64,000 bases of DNA from Candidatus Falkowbacteria bacterium RIFOXYC2_FULL_36_12. GTDB taxonomy: Bacteria; Patescibacteriota; Patescibacteriia; UBA11705. This document shows positions 22,325 to 31,508 of this stretch, in pieces; within the stretch, counting starts at the first letter, position 1; the number at the start of each line of letters is the position of its first letter. The position numbers and the translations under genes were made by a program. Under the pieces are notes generated by a model. It had not been told where the DNA came from, did not search any database, and saw only the letters and a list, made by a program, of their open reading frames with translations. The DNA lies in assembly GCA_001778235.1 (NCBI GenBank), contig MFGJ01000006.1, positions 7,121-71,120 of the forward strand, in the 5' to 3' direction.

Positions 22325-22499
22325 TTGCCCCCCTCTCCTGGTGTTGACTGGGAAGGAAAATATTAACATACTAACTAATAAAAGTCAAGCTAAGATTGAT
22401 TTTTTGATATTCTTGTTGATTAAAAAACAAGTGGTTATTTAGCACTTGTTAAAGTTGTTATCCTGTAAATTTTTATATAATTAATTATAATGCAAATTT

Positions 22500-22532
22500 C
22501 AAAATAAAAAATCTAAGTATATTAACTTAGAT
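22500..22532 (-). terminator. intrinsic terminator for the upstream minus-strand operon
   Basis: AATCTAAGT-loop-ACTTAGATT hairpin followed by a U-run on the minus-strand transcript. Confidence 0.45.
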
Positions 22533-22546
22533 TCTATTAATTAAAT

Positions 22547-23578
22547 TTATTCCAGTTGAAGTCTCAATGAGTTAGTCATGTTTTCAGGGATGATGAAAAC
22601 TCTGGTATTGGAAATGTGATGTCCATCTGTTCCAACAGCTACACTGTCATCGATTGCACCTTGCAACATGTGAAAGAGTTGTTGTCTGATGATGTTGGGA
22701 TTTCTTGCAAGTGCATCGCGGAGATTTAGAGCTTCATCTCGATCAGCTTCAGCTTTGGTTTTCATGATTTCATTTTGCAACTTGGCTTGTTTTAGCATTT
22801 CTCTAAGTTGGACAACTTGAGCTTTGGCAGTTTGGATATTGCTGATTACTGCAAGCAGACTATCTGGAGCTTTGTAATCAGGGATTGAGATGGCTTCAAT
22901 GTTGATAACATCAAGGATAGAAATACTTTGCGTTGGATCATTCAAATCTGCTTCTGGATTGAATTCAAATTGACTTTCGCTGGTGATCTTAATTCTGGGG
23001 ATGCGTACTTGGCTAAGTCTTTCTGTTAGACGGCGCTCAATTTCTTTGGCAACATTAGCCATGTTGAATGTCTTACTGTTAGATTCGTCAATCACATCAC
23101 GGCTGACTTCATCAAAATATGGTAGAACATTTCGGTTGAAGATATCTTCCACTGATACTGTATCCAGTCTGAAGGCATTATTCCCAGCTGTCATAATAGT
23201 GAATTGATCTGCTGGCAGGTAATGCACAGCCGCATCAATTACGGTTTCAGGAATCATTCTCCATGAGCAATTGATGTTCAGAGGAAGATTGACTTTATCA
23301 GTCATTAAAACTTCAACGGCAACCTTTGTTTCCTGGTTAGCCAGATCAAAATCATAACAGTGAGTTGGACCATTGTCGAAATTGTGTTTGCCTGTGGTGT
23401 AGATTTTTGAAGAAATAGCTCCGCCTTCATTACTGGTGAAGAAAGCAAAGGGATAAATTACGCAGACTCTGTTGGTTTGTTGAGCAACTGTTTCATATCG
23501 GTCACAACCCACACAACCGAGATTGGAATAAAATCCAATAAAACAAATGGCAATAATGAGAAGGCTGATGCGCTTCAT
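22547..23578 (-). CDS. SPFH/band-7 (HflC/stomatin-like) domain lipoprotein
   Basis: Signal/lipobox-like N-terminus. A central SPFH-like region and a C-terminal coiled coil (AQVVQLREMLKQAKLQNE...) of HflK/C type. RBS GAGGAGG. Confidence 0.55.
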   Translation of the reverse strand: MKRISLLIIAICFIGFYSNLGCVGCDRYETVAQQTNRVCVIYPFAFFTSNEGGAISSKIYTTGKHNFDNGPTHCYDFDLANQETKVAVEVLMTDKVNLPLNINCSWRMIPETVIDAAVHYLPADQFTIMTAGNNAFRLDTVSVEDIFNRNVLPYFDEVSRDVIDESNSKTFNMANVAKEIERRLTERLSQVRIPRIKITSESQFEFNPEADLNDPTQSISILDVINIEAISIPDYKAPDSLLAVISNIQTAKAQVVQLREMLKQAKLQNEIMKTKAEADRDEALNLRDALARNPNIIRQQLFHMLQGAIDDSVAVGTDGHHISNTRVFIIPENMTNSLRLQLE

Positions 23579-24579
23579 TATTGCACCTCCTCAACCTGTT
23601 CGAAATCAATGGTTGCGCTTCGTACAGGTTTGTCAGGATTTTTTTGATTGTCTTCATTGACTTTGAACCAGACAATATTTCCATGTTCATCAACGGTGAT
23701 AATCATCGTCACATCAATGTCATCGTCGGTAATCAAACCTTCAATGATTTCTCGACCACGATATTGCATGACAGCATCGGTAAGCGCTCCGGCTTCAATC
23801 GCAGAGGCAACCATTGTTCCTTTTGATTTCTCAACTTGAATTTGGCCCCGTAGTTTAGCTGCTTCGCCTTCAATGGTTAGTGTTTCAGTGTTATAACTTT
23901 CTGTGACAGCCTTGGAAAAAGCTTGTAGCAGTGGGTCTGAAAATTGTACATTACCCGAAGAAACACCAATAAAGTAGAAGCAAGTATAGAATTCAGGATG
24001 GCTAGTCTTGAAGCGATCTTTGAAATTAGTAAGAATTTTGGCTGATACTTTTGCTCGGCTTTCAAAACTCAATGTTGCTCTAGCTGTTGCTTGATCAGCA
24101 ATTTGAGCCGCGGTCCTGTCAATCATAGGTGTAATAGAATCATCATCAATATTGAGTCCGAGATCAAGACGACCAAGTTCTTCAAGACAAGCACTGCGGA
24201 AGTGTCGTTCAACCGCTTGCTGGTAATTCTTGAACTGGCTGTAGATTATCCAAGTTTTAGTCGGATTGAGCATGAAATTGATACCCATGGTGAAAGTGAC
24301 GGTTTCATTTTTCATTTGTGGCATGACAACCGGGACGGTGGTTTGATAAAATCTGGGTGTATAGACCATGTGTTCATTGCTGGAATCAACAAAAGCTCCC
24401 GCAGTTTCATGGATGCCAATGGCAAAACTGTTTTCTAGTACTCCTCCACCTTCAGATCTGGCTCCTGCACCTTTGTGCAAAGCCATTGATTCACCAATGC
24501 CAACAATTTCATAATCAGAACAGTTCAGTCCGTTAAATGTAGTAGTAAAAGCAAGCATAATAAACAATGTTTTTCTCAT
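23578..24579 (-). CDS. SPFH-like secreted protein (paralog of the downstream gene)
   Basis: Signal peptide and band-7-like core with a C-terminal AAKLRGQIQVEKSKG. RBS GGGAGGAG. Stop/start overlaps with both neighbours. Confidence 0.45.
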   Translation of the reverse strand: MRKTLFIMLAFTTTFNGLNCSDYEIVGIGESMALHKGAGARSEGGGVLENSFAIGIHETAGAFVDSSNEHMVYTPRFYQTTVPVVMPQMKNETVTFTMGINFMLNPTKTWIIYSQFKNYQQAVERHFRSACLEELGRLDLGLNIDDDSITPMIDRTAAQIADQATARATLSFESRAKVSAKILTNFKDRFKTSHPEFYTCFYFIGVSSGNVQFSDPLLQAFSKAVTESYNTETLTIEGEAAKLRGQIQVEKSKGTMVASAIEAGALTDAVMQYRGREIIEGLITDDDIDVTMIITVDEHGNIVWFKVNEDNQKNPDKPVRSATIDFEQVEEVQ

Positions 24580-24596
24580 GCAGGCTCCTCCCTTTC

Positions 24597-26417
24597 CTAG
24601 GAGTGGCTGGGTTCGCGGTTCAGTTTGTCTCTAAGTCTGGAAATGTCGTCAGCAGTTACACCTGTATTTCTAGCATCACTGATATGGGTACTTAGACCAT
24701 TAACATCAAAGTTGATGGTTTTTGAATTTGAAATTCGATCAGTAGCTTGTTGACAGATATCTCGTGATTTTTCCATAATATCTACCAGATTTAGTGTGCT
24801 TTGCTGGTCAATAATGAGTGCGTCGGCTCGGTCAATTGCTTCTTTTAAGAAGTTTGACAAATCAATCAGCAGTTTTTTCTTGTCTACAATCATTCCAGAC
24901 AGGGCAACAAATGATTCTTCAAATGATTTGATTGCTTCGCTAACTTGTTCATAACGAGTTTCTGCTGCAAGTGCTAGATCATGCTGACCTTGATCAACAA
25001 ATCTTCTCATTTCGTCGAATTGTACATTTCGTTGGATTTTTAGTGCTTCTCGCTGTGATGATGCATCATTCATACTATCCATTTGCTTGTTGATTTCATC
25101 TACTAGTAGTTCAATCTGGGTGCAAAGTTTTGAGATGATTTTGCTTTGAGTTTTGTCAATTCTTTTATCAGTAGTTAACTCTCTGGCACGGAGGACTCGA
25201 TCATGTACGGAAGTTGATTTTGATGCGCGATTAAAGCTCGCAATGCGCTTGGTATTATTTTGAAGTTTTTCTTGAGATCGTTTTCTTTTCATCATGACCA
25301 TAAGACCAATAGCCGGGATAATAAGCAGAGCGATACCTGTGAGCCCGATAATCCATTGTACACTGGTTGAAGTTTTGCTTTCATTCATTGGTGATGGATT
25401 CATATCGTTCAATTCCTGTTGCGTATAAGTTTTTGGTCGTTCCAAAAGTTGCCTTTTCATTTTATCAATGTCCAGTTCAACTCGTGGCAAACCATATGGC
25501 AAGTTTGAAGTCTCTTTGAACGAGTATTTTTCTGCCCCATCGGCAGAAAATACTTGGAATTCAAAAGGTTTACTGCTGTTCATGAGATTGTCATTGAGTT
25601 CAACATAGCCAACATATAAAGCTGGCGAAGCAGTATGACGGAGCATCAATCTGAAATAGTATCTAGGTGTTGGCTGTGATGTTTCTTCAACATAAGCGGT
25701 AGAAATTTCAAAGTCGCTGTAAACTTGAGCAGGAATGATTGGTCTGACTTCTCGAACAAAATAAGGAATTCTTTTCATTTTAATATCATCAATTGGCATG
25801 GCTAACAATTTGTTTGGATTTTCAAAGAGTTCAGTTGGCAGATCAAATTCAACTTTGGTTAGTTCATATCCTGTTCGTGCTAAATACATGGTTCTATGTG
25901 GGACATCGGTTTGAATATAAAGGCTGGGGTTGAGCATGCCGGAAATGTCTGTTTGGCTAACATCCGAGGATTCAGTAAAATAAACATTTACATCTTTAAT
26001 CGGTCGTGAGGTTTTGTCGTCAATAACCCGAGGTCCATAGAATTTCACCCTGACATCAGAATGTAATTCTGTTGCAGGTTGAGGAAAAATAGTAAAGTAA
26101 TAGTCTTCGGTTGTAGGAATGGTTGCTGTAAGTGTTTCAAAGCAACTATTTCCTGGAACAAGAACGGTTAGAGGATTTCCGACTGAAGTATTGGGATAGT
26201 GTCTGCTGATTGTTTCGATTTGATAATTGGGATCAAAAGATGGCATTCGATTAACCACTCTACCTCGATAAATCCAACCAATATTTTCCACAAAGATAGC
26301 TGAAAATGAAGGACATAAATCATTGTTTGGGAGTTCAACTACGATTAGAGCTTGTGCAGGAAAGGCAATAAGACCTAGTAGACTAAAAACAATAAATTTT
26401 ACCAAAGATTTATTCAT
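24597..26417 (-). CDS. bitopic membrane protein: large extracytoplasmic domain, one TM helix and a cytoplasmic coiled-coil domain
   Basis: Start at MNKSL (26417) with a GGAGGAG RBS. Signal peptide, TM helix WIIGLTGIALLIIPAIGLMVMM, then about 220 aa of coiled coil. Confidence 0.5.
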   Translation of the reverse strand: MNKSLVKFIVFSLLGLIAFPAQALIVVELPNNDLCPSFSAIFVENIGWIYRGRVVNRMPSFDPNYQIETISRHYPNTSVGNPLTVLVPGNSCFETLTATIPTTEDYYFTIFPQPATELHSDVRVKFYGPRVIDDKTSRPIKDVNVYFTESSDVSQTDISGMLNPSLYIQTDVPHRTMYLARTGYELTKVEFDLPTELFENPNKLLAMPIDDIKMKRIPYFVREVRPIIPAQVYSDFEISTAYVEETSQPTPRYYFRLMLRHTASPALYVGYVELNDNLMNSSKPFEFQVFSADGAEKYSFKETSNLPYGLPRVELDIDKMKRQLLERPKTYTQQELNDMNPSPMNESKTSTSVQWIIGLTGIALLIIPAIGLMVMMKRKRSQEKLQNNTKRIASFNRASKSTSVHDRVLRARELTTDKRIDKTQSKIISKLCTQIELLVDEINKQMDSMNDASSQREALKIQRNVQFDEMRRFVDQGQHDLALAAETRYEQVSEAIKSFEESFVALSGMIVDKKKLLIDLSNFLKEAIDRADALIIDQQSTLNLVDIMEKSRDICQQATDRISNSKTINFDVNGLSTHISDARNTGVTADDISRLRDKLNREPSHS

Positions 26418-27450
26418 GTTCTCCTCCGCTTCCCTTGAGTAGTCGGGTGTTGATCTCATCTCTTGACATTTGTGCGACCTTGGCCTTGAGATCTTCAGAG
26501 GCTTTGTTCGCAGCTTTGATTGCTTCAGCTTGTTTTTGCTGGGCGTCTTTGACAGCTGTTTTTACATCATCAATCATGGCCATGACTTCAGCAGTGGTTG
26601 CTTGGATTGTTTCAGCATCAAAAATAGGTTCTTTGGTGGCTTTGATAACCCTAACAGCATCTTGTCTGGCCATTTGCGCAATCATAAGCACGGCTGCTCG
26701 CAGGCCTTCTTTGGATGATTGCAGTGTGGCTGCAGCTGTTCTAACTTCATGTTGTCCAATCAAAGTGCTCAATTCAGTTTTTAGCAAAGTTTCAAGTTGA
26801 GGTCTGAAACAACCCATTGTGCCATAAAGTTCTTCTCGTTCAGCCAATTGAATTGCAATTATAGTTGCATTTGTTTCCATGCTGATTCTGAATCCTGCCA
26901 GATTGGAAACCTGCAGTTGTCTGACGGCAATGGCTTTGTTGATTTGTTTTTCAGTCTCTGGGTCAGGTGTTTGGGATGCTTTGTATTGATTTAGATATTC
27001 AATTTGTTCATCAAGGACATCAATAGCTTTTTGAATATTATGTGCTAATTCAATATCATTCCGAGCTAGTTGTGTGAATTCATCAATGTTTGTATGAAGT
27101 TGTTTTCTGGCTACATAATATTTTGCCAACTCATTTTCAATTGCAGTTTTTAGTGATTGTCTTAGTACAATTTGTCGCTGTAGCTGTTTGCCAGCATTGG
27201 CGAAAATTCTACTTAGAAATCCTGGTTTGTTTGAGTTCTTTTTAAGTGTGGCTAGGTTTTTATTGAGGTTTCCTAGTAGCCTTTCAGCGGATTGCAGATC
27301 GCCGACTTTAATCGCTGATAAAAGTTGATCAGCTGAATTATTGACATCATCATATAGTGGTTCCAGTTGGTCTGACAGTGCTACCGCATCGATTTTCAAC
27401 AAGACGGGTAGAGATAGGTCTGTTTTTAGAGTAAGAGAATTACTTGGCAT
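26410..27450 (-). CDS. TelA-like (toxic anion resistance family) protein
   Basis: GFLSRIFANAGKQLQRQ...LK...EL...L...I..L..Y aligns in my reading with the TelA/KlaA region GFLxRLFGG..K. All-helical coiled-coil protein. Confidence 0.5.
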   Translation of the reverse strand: MPSNSLTLKTDLSLPVLLKIDAVALSDQLEPLYDDVNNSADQLLSAIKVGDLQSAERLLGNLNKNLATLKKNSNKPGFLSRIFANAGKQLQRQIVLRQSLKTAIENELAKYYVARKQLHTNIDEFTQLARNDIELAHNIQKAIDVLDEQIEYLNQYKASQTPDPETEKQINKAIAVRQLQVSNLAGFRISMETNATIIAIQLAEREELYGTMGCFRPQLETLLKTELSTLIGQHEVRTAAATLQSSKEGLRAAVLMIAQMARQDAVRVIKATKEPIFDAETIQATTAEVMAMIDDVKTAVKDAQQKQAEAIKAANKASEDLKAKVAQMSRDEINTRLLKGSGGEHE

Positions 27451-27616
27451 GATGGTCTTTCCTTTCTCTGGGGGTTTTCTTTTTCAATGGACTAGATGAA
27501 CCCACTGTTTTGTGGATTCAGAATAGCTAAAATTAGCATAAATATTAATAAAAGTCAATTTTGTAAACAGTTGCTGTTTTGGTGAAAATGGGGTATAATA
27601 TTTTTGTCTAAAATAA

Positions 27617-28249
27617 GTGAAAATCATTATGTTAACCAAAAATAAAAAATTAGCTTTAATCTTGTTGGCTGTGCCAATAGTTTCTGTTTTGTTTTCTTTG
27701 GCTGTGGTAGAAGCAATGTCACTATTGGTGGATTATCAGATAAATCTGCAAATTGCTAATGATGTCAGTGCTGGAATTACAACCGGTCAATATGATCAAA
27801 CGGATTTGATGAGGGCAATGATGTTTATTGGTTTTGTAATGTATGTATTTGGATGGATAAGTTCAATTGTTTTATTGTTTTGTTTATTGCCACTAGCAAT
27901 TTATTTTTTGATAAAAAATGATAATGAGTTGGAGATAAATAAATTAAAATCAGAAAAAGAGTTCCAGGATTTGAAAAATAATGAAATAAAATATTTGACT
28001 GGTTGGTCTTGGTCGGCATTTGTAAATCCATTGGTGTTTGCACTTGGGAATGGATTGTATTGGTGGGCGCTAGGCTCAATTATCCCGTTTTGGAATGTTT
28101 ATGTTTGGTTGACGCTAGCTCTGGCAGGTAAACAGCTAGCTTGGAAAGAGGGCTTTATAAAATTTGAGGCATTTAAAATTAAACAATATAAACTGCTTGT
28201 GGTTGGTTTGATAGTTGTCAGTGGAATTGTTTTATTGATTGGTAAATAA
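27617..28249 (+). CDS. hypothetical membrane protein
   Basis: 210 aa with 4 or more TM helices. Divergent from the TelA-like operon. Confidence 0.45.
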   Translation: MKIIMLTKNKKLALILLAVPIVSVLFSLAVVEAMSLLVDYQINLQIANDVSAGITTGQYDQTDLMRAMMFIGFVMYVFGWISSIVLLFCLLPLAIYFLIKNDNELEINKLKSEKEFQDLKNNEIKYLTGWSWSAFVNPLVFALGNGLYWWALGSIIPFWNVYVWLTLALAGKQLAWKEGFIKFEAFKIKQYKLLVVGLIVVSGIVLLIGK

Positions 28250-28451
28250 ATTAGAAATAAAGTATTTTACTTTTCGTTATTCAGTCAATAATTTTTTCAT
28301 TAATATTTAAATAATAAAAAGTAATATGTAAAAAATGTCTGGAGTTTTCCAGATTTTTTTAATTTCTTGGATTATAGAGTTGTATTGGTATTTTGATTAA
28401 TTTTGCTAATGATTATTATTGAGTTATAATAATTATATTAAAATCTATTTT

Positions 28452-29240
28452 ATGTCATTAACTAGAAGTTTGGAAGGTGCGCGTATAGCTTATAAAAAAA
28501 GAGATGTTGAAGCGAGTATAAAGGCTCATCAGGGAGGTGATGATCACGAGCATCATCAAGTCGAAGGTCGGTATATAAAAAGTTTTGTTTATGGCGGGCT
28601 TGATGGTTTGATTACTACCTTTGCGATTGTGGCTGGTGTGGCTGGAGCATCTTTATCTGTAGGGGTAATTATGATTTTAGGTTTGGCAAATTTAATAGCT
28701 GATGGTATTTCAATGGCTGTCGGGGATTTTTTGAGTTCAAAAGCAGAAAGCGAGTATAAACAAACAGAACGAAAAAGAGAGGCGTGGGAAGTTGATAATC
28801 ACCCAGAGGGGGAAAAATTGGAATTAATAGAGCTGTATCAGGAAAAAGGTATTTCCCAGAAAGATGCCAAGACAATTGTAAATGTTATTTCAAAGTATCG
28901 TGAAGCTTGGCTTGATATTATGATGCTTCAAGAATTAAAAATAGTTGATGATGAAAAGTCAGCGACAAAGAATGCTTTGGTTACTTTTTTTTCATTTTTA
29001 CTTTTTGGGTCTATTCCGGTTTTAATTTATGTTTTTTCCAAGTACTTACCGTTTATTGCCGATAATACATTTTTGTCAGCTGCTATTTTTACTAGCATAA
29101 CATTGTTTTTTCTTGGCTCTTTGAAAGTGAGGATGACTGGTAAAAATTGGTTCATGTCTGGTCTAGAAATGTTGTTTGTTGGTGGTTTGGCAGCGGGAGC
29201 AGCTTTTATGATAGGTTATTTATTGTCAGGATTAAAATAA
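28452..29240 (+). CDS. VIT1/CCC1-family iron/manganese transporter
   Basis: GGLDGLITTFAIVAGVAGA motif and a C-terminal TM bundle. Start at MSLTRS is preferred. Confidence 0.75.
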   Translation: MSLTRSLEGARIAYKKRDVEASIKAHQGGDDHEHHQVEGRYIKSFVYGGLDGLITTFAIVAGVAGASLSVGVIMILGLANLIADGISMAVGDFLSSKAESEYKQTERKREAWEVDNHPEGEKLELIELYQEKGISQKDAKTIVNVISKYREAWLDIMMLQELKIVDDEKSATKNALVTFFSFLLFGSIPVLIYVFSKYLPFIADNTFLSAAIFTSITLFFLGSLKVRMTGKNWFMSGLEMLFVGGLAAGAAFMIGYLLSGLK

Positions 29241-29262
29241 AATAATTATTAATTTGATATTT

Positions 29263-29433
29263 ATGAAAAAAATCAAAGTTGAACATCACACAATGACAGC
29301 TTTTTCATGGTTTGCTGGTTGGTTGTTCTCGATTGGTTTTCTGCACTTAACATTTTGGAAAGGTGTTTTGGCAATTATAATTTGGCCATATTATATTGGT
29401 CAGTTTATAAGTACATTAATATCTGGTGCATAA
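29263..29433 (+). CDS. small membrane protein (56 aa), not in the ORF track
   Basis: ATG 29263 to TAA 29433. Two hydrophobic helices (FSWFAGWLFSIGFLHL / VLAIIIWPYYIG). Confidence 0.3.
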   Translation: MKKIKVEHHTMTAFSWFAGWLFSIGFLHLTFWKGVLAIIIWPYYIGQFISTLISGA

Positions 29434-29457
29434 TTTTTAATGATTAATTAATATTTT

Positions 29458-29589
29458 ATGGAGGACTTGTATCGATGCACTACCTGCATGAGAGAGTCAG
29501 GTGAACCCGGCTCATGTTGCGGTGGTGAAATGGAAAAGGTTTGTAGTTGCGGATCAGGTGAAATTTATAAAGATTGCTGTGGTAGATAA
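29458..29589 (+). CDS. cysteine-rich small protein (43 aa, 8 Cys), putative metal-binding
   Basis: MEDLYRCTTCMRESGEPGSCCGGEMEKVCSCGSGEIYKDCCGR. An intrinsic terminator follows directly. No strong SD is present. Confidence 0.35.
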   Translation: MEDLYRCTTCMRESGEPGSCCGGEMEKVCSCGSGEIYKDCCGR

Positions 29590-29590
29590 T

Positions 29591-29620
29591 AAAAAAGAGG
29601 CCCGTAAGGGCTCTTTTTAA
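29591..29620 (+). terminator. intrinsic terminator
   Basis: AAAAAAGAGGCCCGTAAGGGCTCTTTTT. Confidence 0.6.
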
Positions 29621-29688
29621 TTGGTGTAAATTTTTAATAAAAATTGCTTTTGTGGTATAATATATACATTAAAAATAAAAAATATTGT

Positions 29689-29892
29689 ATGAATATTTTG
29701 GGGATGACATTGCAAACGATTGGTGAAGTAATCATCGCTCTAATGGTGATGTTGGTTCATCATCGGATGAAGGTGGAGAAAAAAATTGACATTCAAGTTT
29801 CTAGAATTATGAAAAGCGAACAAATTATAGGTTTGATTGCGATCGCTTTTATGTTGGCTGGGTTTATTTTGCAGGTAGTTTATGAAGTATAG
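29689..29892 (+). CDS. small membrane protein
   Basis: Two TM helices. Start at MNILGM is preferred. Confidence 0.35.
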   Translation: MNILGMTLQTIGEVIIALMVMLVHHRMKVEKKIDIQVSRIMKSEQIIGLIAIAFMLAGFILQVVYEV

Positions 29893-29952
29893 CTTGGTTT
29901 TTATTTTAGCAATTAGAAATAATGGTGTAAGAGATAAAATGATGATAAATTT

Positions 29953-30948
29953 ATGTTAAAAAGGAAGATTTTTGTTACAAGAGAAATTCCAGATAGTGGT
30001 TTAAAATTATTGAAACAAAAAGGTTATGAAGTAAAAATCAGCCTATTTAATCGTGCGATAAAAAAGCGTGAATTAATAAAAGAATTGAAAAAGGGATATG
30101 ATGGTCTTTTGTGTTTATTAACAGATAAAATTGATATTAAAGTATTGGAGGCAGGAATGCCGAGATTGAAGGTAATTGCAAATTATGCGGTTGGTTTTGA
30201 TAATGTTGATGTAAAGTCTGCAAATATGAAAAAAATCTTGGTTTGTAATACTCCGGCTGATGTAGTGAATGAATCTGTCGCTGAACATGTTATTGCTTTA
30301 ATGTTTGCTTTGGCAAAAAGAGTGGTGGAGTCTGACAATTTTACTCGTGATGGCAGGTATAAAGGTTGGCAACCAGATTTGTTTATTGGTCAAAACTTGA
30401 TGAATAAGACTCTGGGTATAATTGGTCTCGGTAGAATTGGCAAGGCAACGGCTCGTAGAGCTGTTGGAATGGATATGAAAGTGGTGTATGCTGATTTAAA
30501 TCAAAATAAGTCTTTTGAACAGCAATATAAAGCAAAATATTGTAGCCAAAATGAGTTATTGAAAGTTTCAGATTTTGTTTCTCTGAATGTTCCTTTGCTG
30601 GCTTCAACCAGACATTTGATTTCAACATCACAATTGAAAAAAATGAAAAAAACAGCTTTCCTAATAAATACTTCAAGAGGTTCGGTTGTTGATGAACTGG
30701 CATTATTAAAAGCTTTGATTAAGGGGGATATTGCCGGCGCTGGTTTGGATGTTTTTGAATGCGAACCTTTGATAGATTGTAATCCTCGAGATCATTATGA
30801 ACTTCGTAAAATGAATAATGTGATTATGACTCCTCATACAGCTTCTGCAACGATTGAAGCCAGAGAGGCCATGTCGATCGTGGCGGCAAATAATATTATA
30901 GCAGGGCTTTCAGGTAGGAGGCCAGTGAATTTGATTAAACTGAAATAA
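29953..30948 (+). CDS. D-isomer-specific 2-hydroxyacid dehydrogenase (glyoxylate/hydroxypyruvate reductase-like)
   Basis: NAD-binding GIIGLGRIGKATARR, a catalytic Arg/Glu/His region and the MTPHTASAT segment. Confidence 0.85.
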   Translation: MLKRKIFVTREIPDSGLKLLKQKGYEVKISLFNRAIKKRELIKELKKGYDGLLCLLTDKIDIKVLEAGMPRLKVIANYAVGFDNVDVKSANMKKILVCNTPADVVNESVAEHVIALMFALAKRVVESDNFTRDGRYKGWQPDLFIGQNLMNKTLGIIGLGRIGKATARRAVGMDMKVVYADLNQNKSFEQQYKAKYCSQNELLKVSDFVSLNVPLLASTRHLISTSQLKKMKKTAFLINTSRGSVVDELALLKALIKGDIAGAGLDVFECEPLIDCNPRDHYELRKMNNVIMTPHTASATIEAREAMSIVAANNIIAGLSGRRPVNLIKLK

Positions 30949-31109
30949 ATTTAATGATTTTAATTTCAGCACATTGAACATGTCGAAAAATTTTAAACAC
31001 TTCGATAAGCCTGACTACAAGTAGACAAGTTTGGTGTGATAAAAGCGTTTGAAAAGCTGTTGTTGAACAGTTTTTTGTTTTCGAAAAATATTATTTTATG
31101 GTATAATAA

Positions 31110-31505
31110 TTGCATAGAAAAATAAATATTATGGTGCAGAAAAGTATTACAATGAAAGCGGTAAATTTTATCGTGAAAGATTTACTTTTAGATTTTTTGT
31201 ATTGGCCGATTTGGTGGTATACCCGAGGGGTAGTAAAAGCTTTTAATATGATGACTGATACTATTGTTCAGGGCAATGATGAGCTAGCTATTGGTATTTG
31301 GATGAAAAATATTTTCACTCCAATGTTTGGCGATGCAACTTGGCAGGGGAGATTGGTTAGTTTTTTCATGAGAGTTGTTCAGATTGTCGGTCGAATTATA
31401 GCCTTTTTGTTTTGGGTTTTATTTGCTTTTATTGTTTTTATTGTTTGGTTTTTGATTCCGATTTTTGTAATTTATGAATTTGTATTTAATCTTGGTTTGA
31501 TTTAG
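31110..31505 (+). CDS. hypothetical membrane protein
   Basis: 131 aa, hydrophobic, directly upstream of the Clp ATPase. Confidence 0.4.
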   Translation: MHRKINIMVQKSITMKAVNFIVKDLLLDFLYWPIWWYTRGVVKAFNMMTDTIVQGNDELAIGIWMKNIFTPMFGDATWQGRLVSFFMRVVQIVGRIIAFLFWVLFAFIVFIVWFLIPIFVIYEFVFNLGLI

Positions 31506-31508
31506 TTT

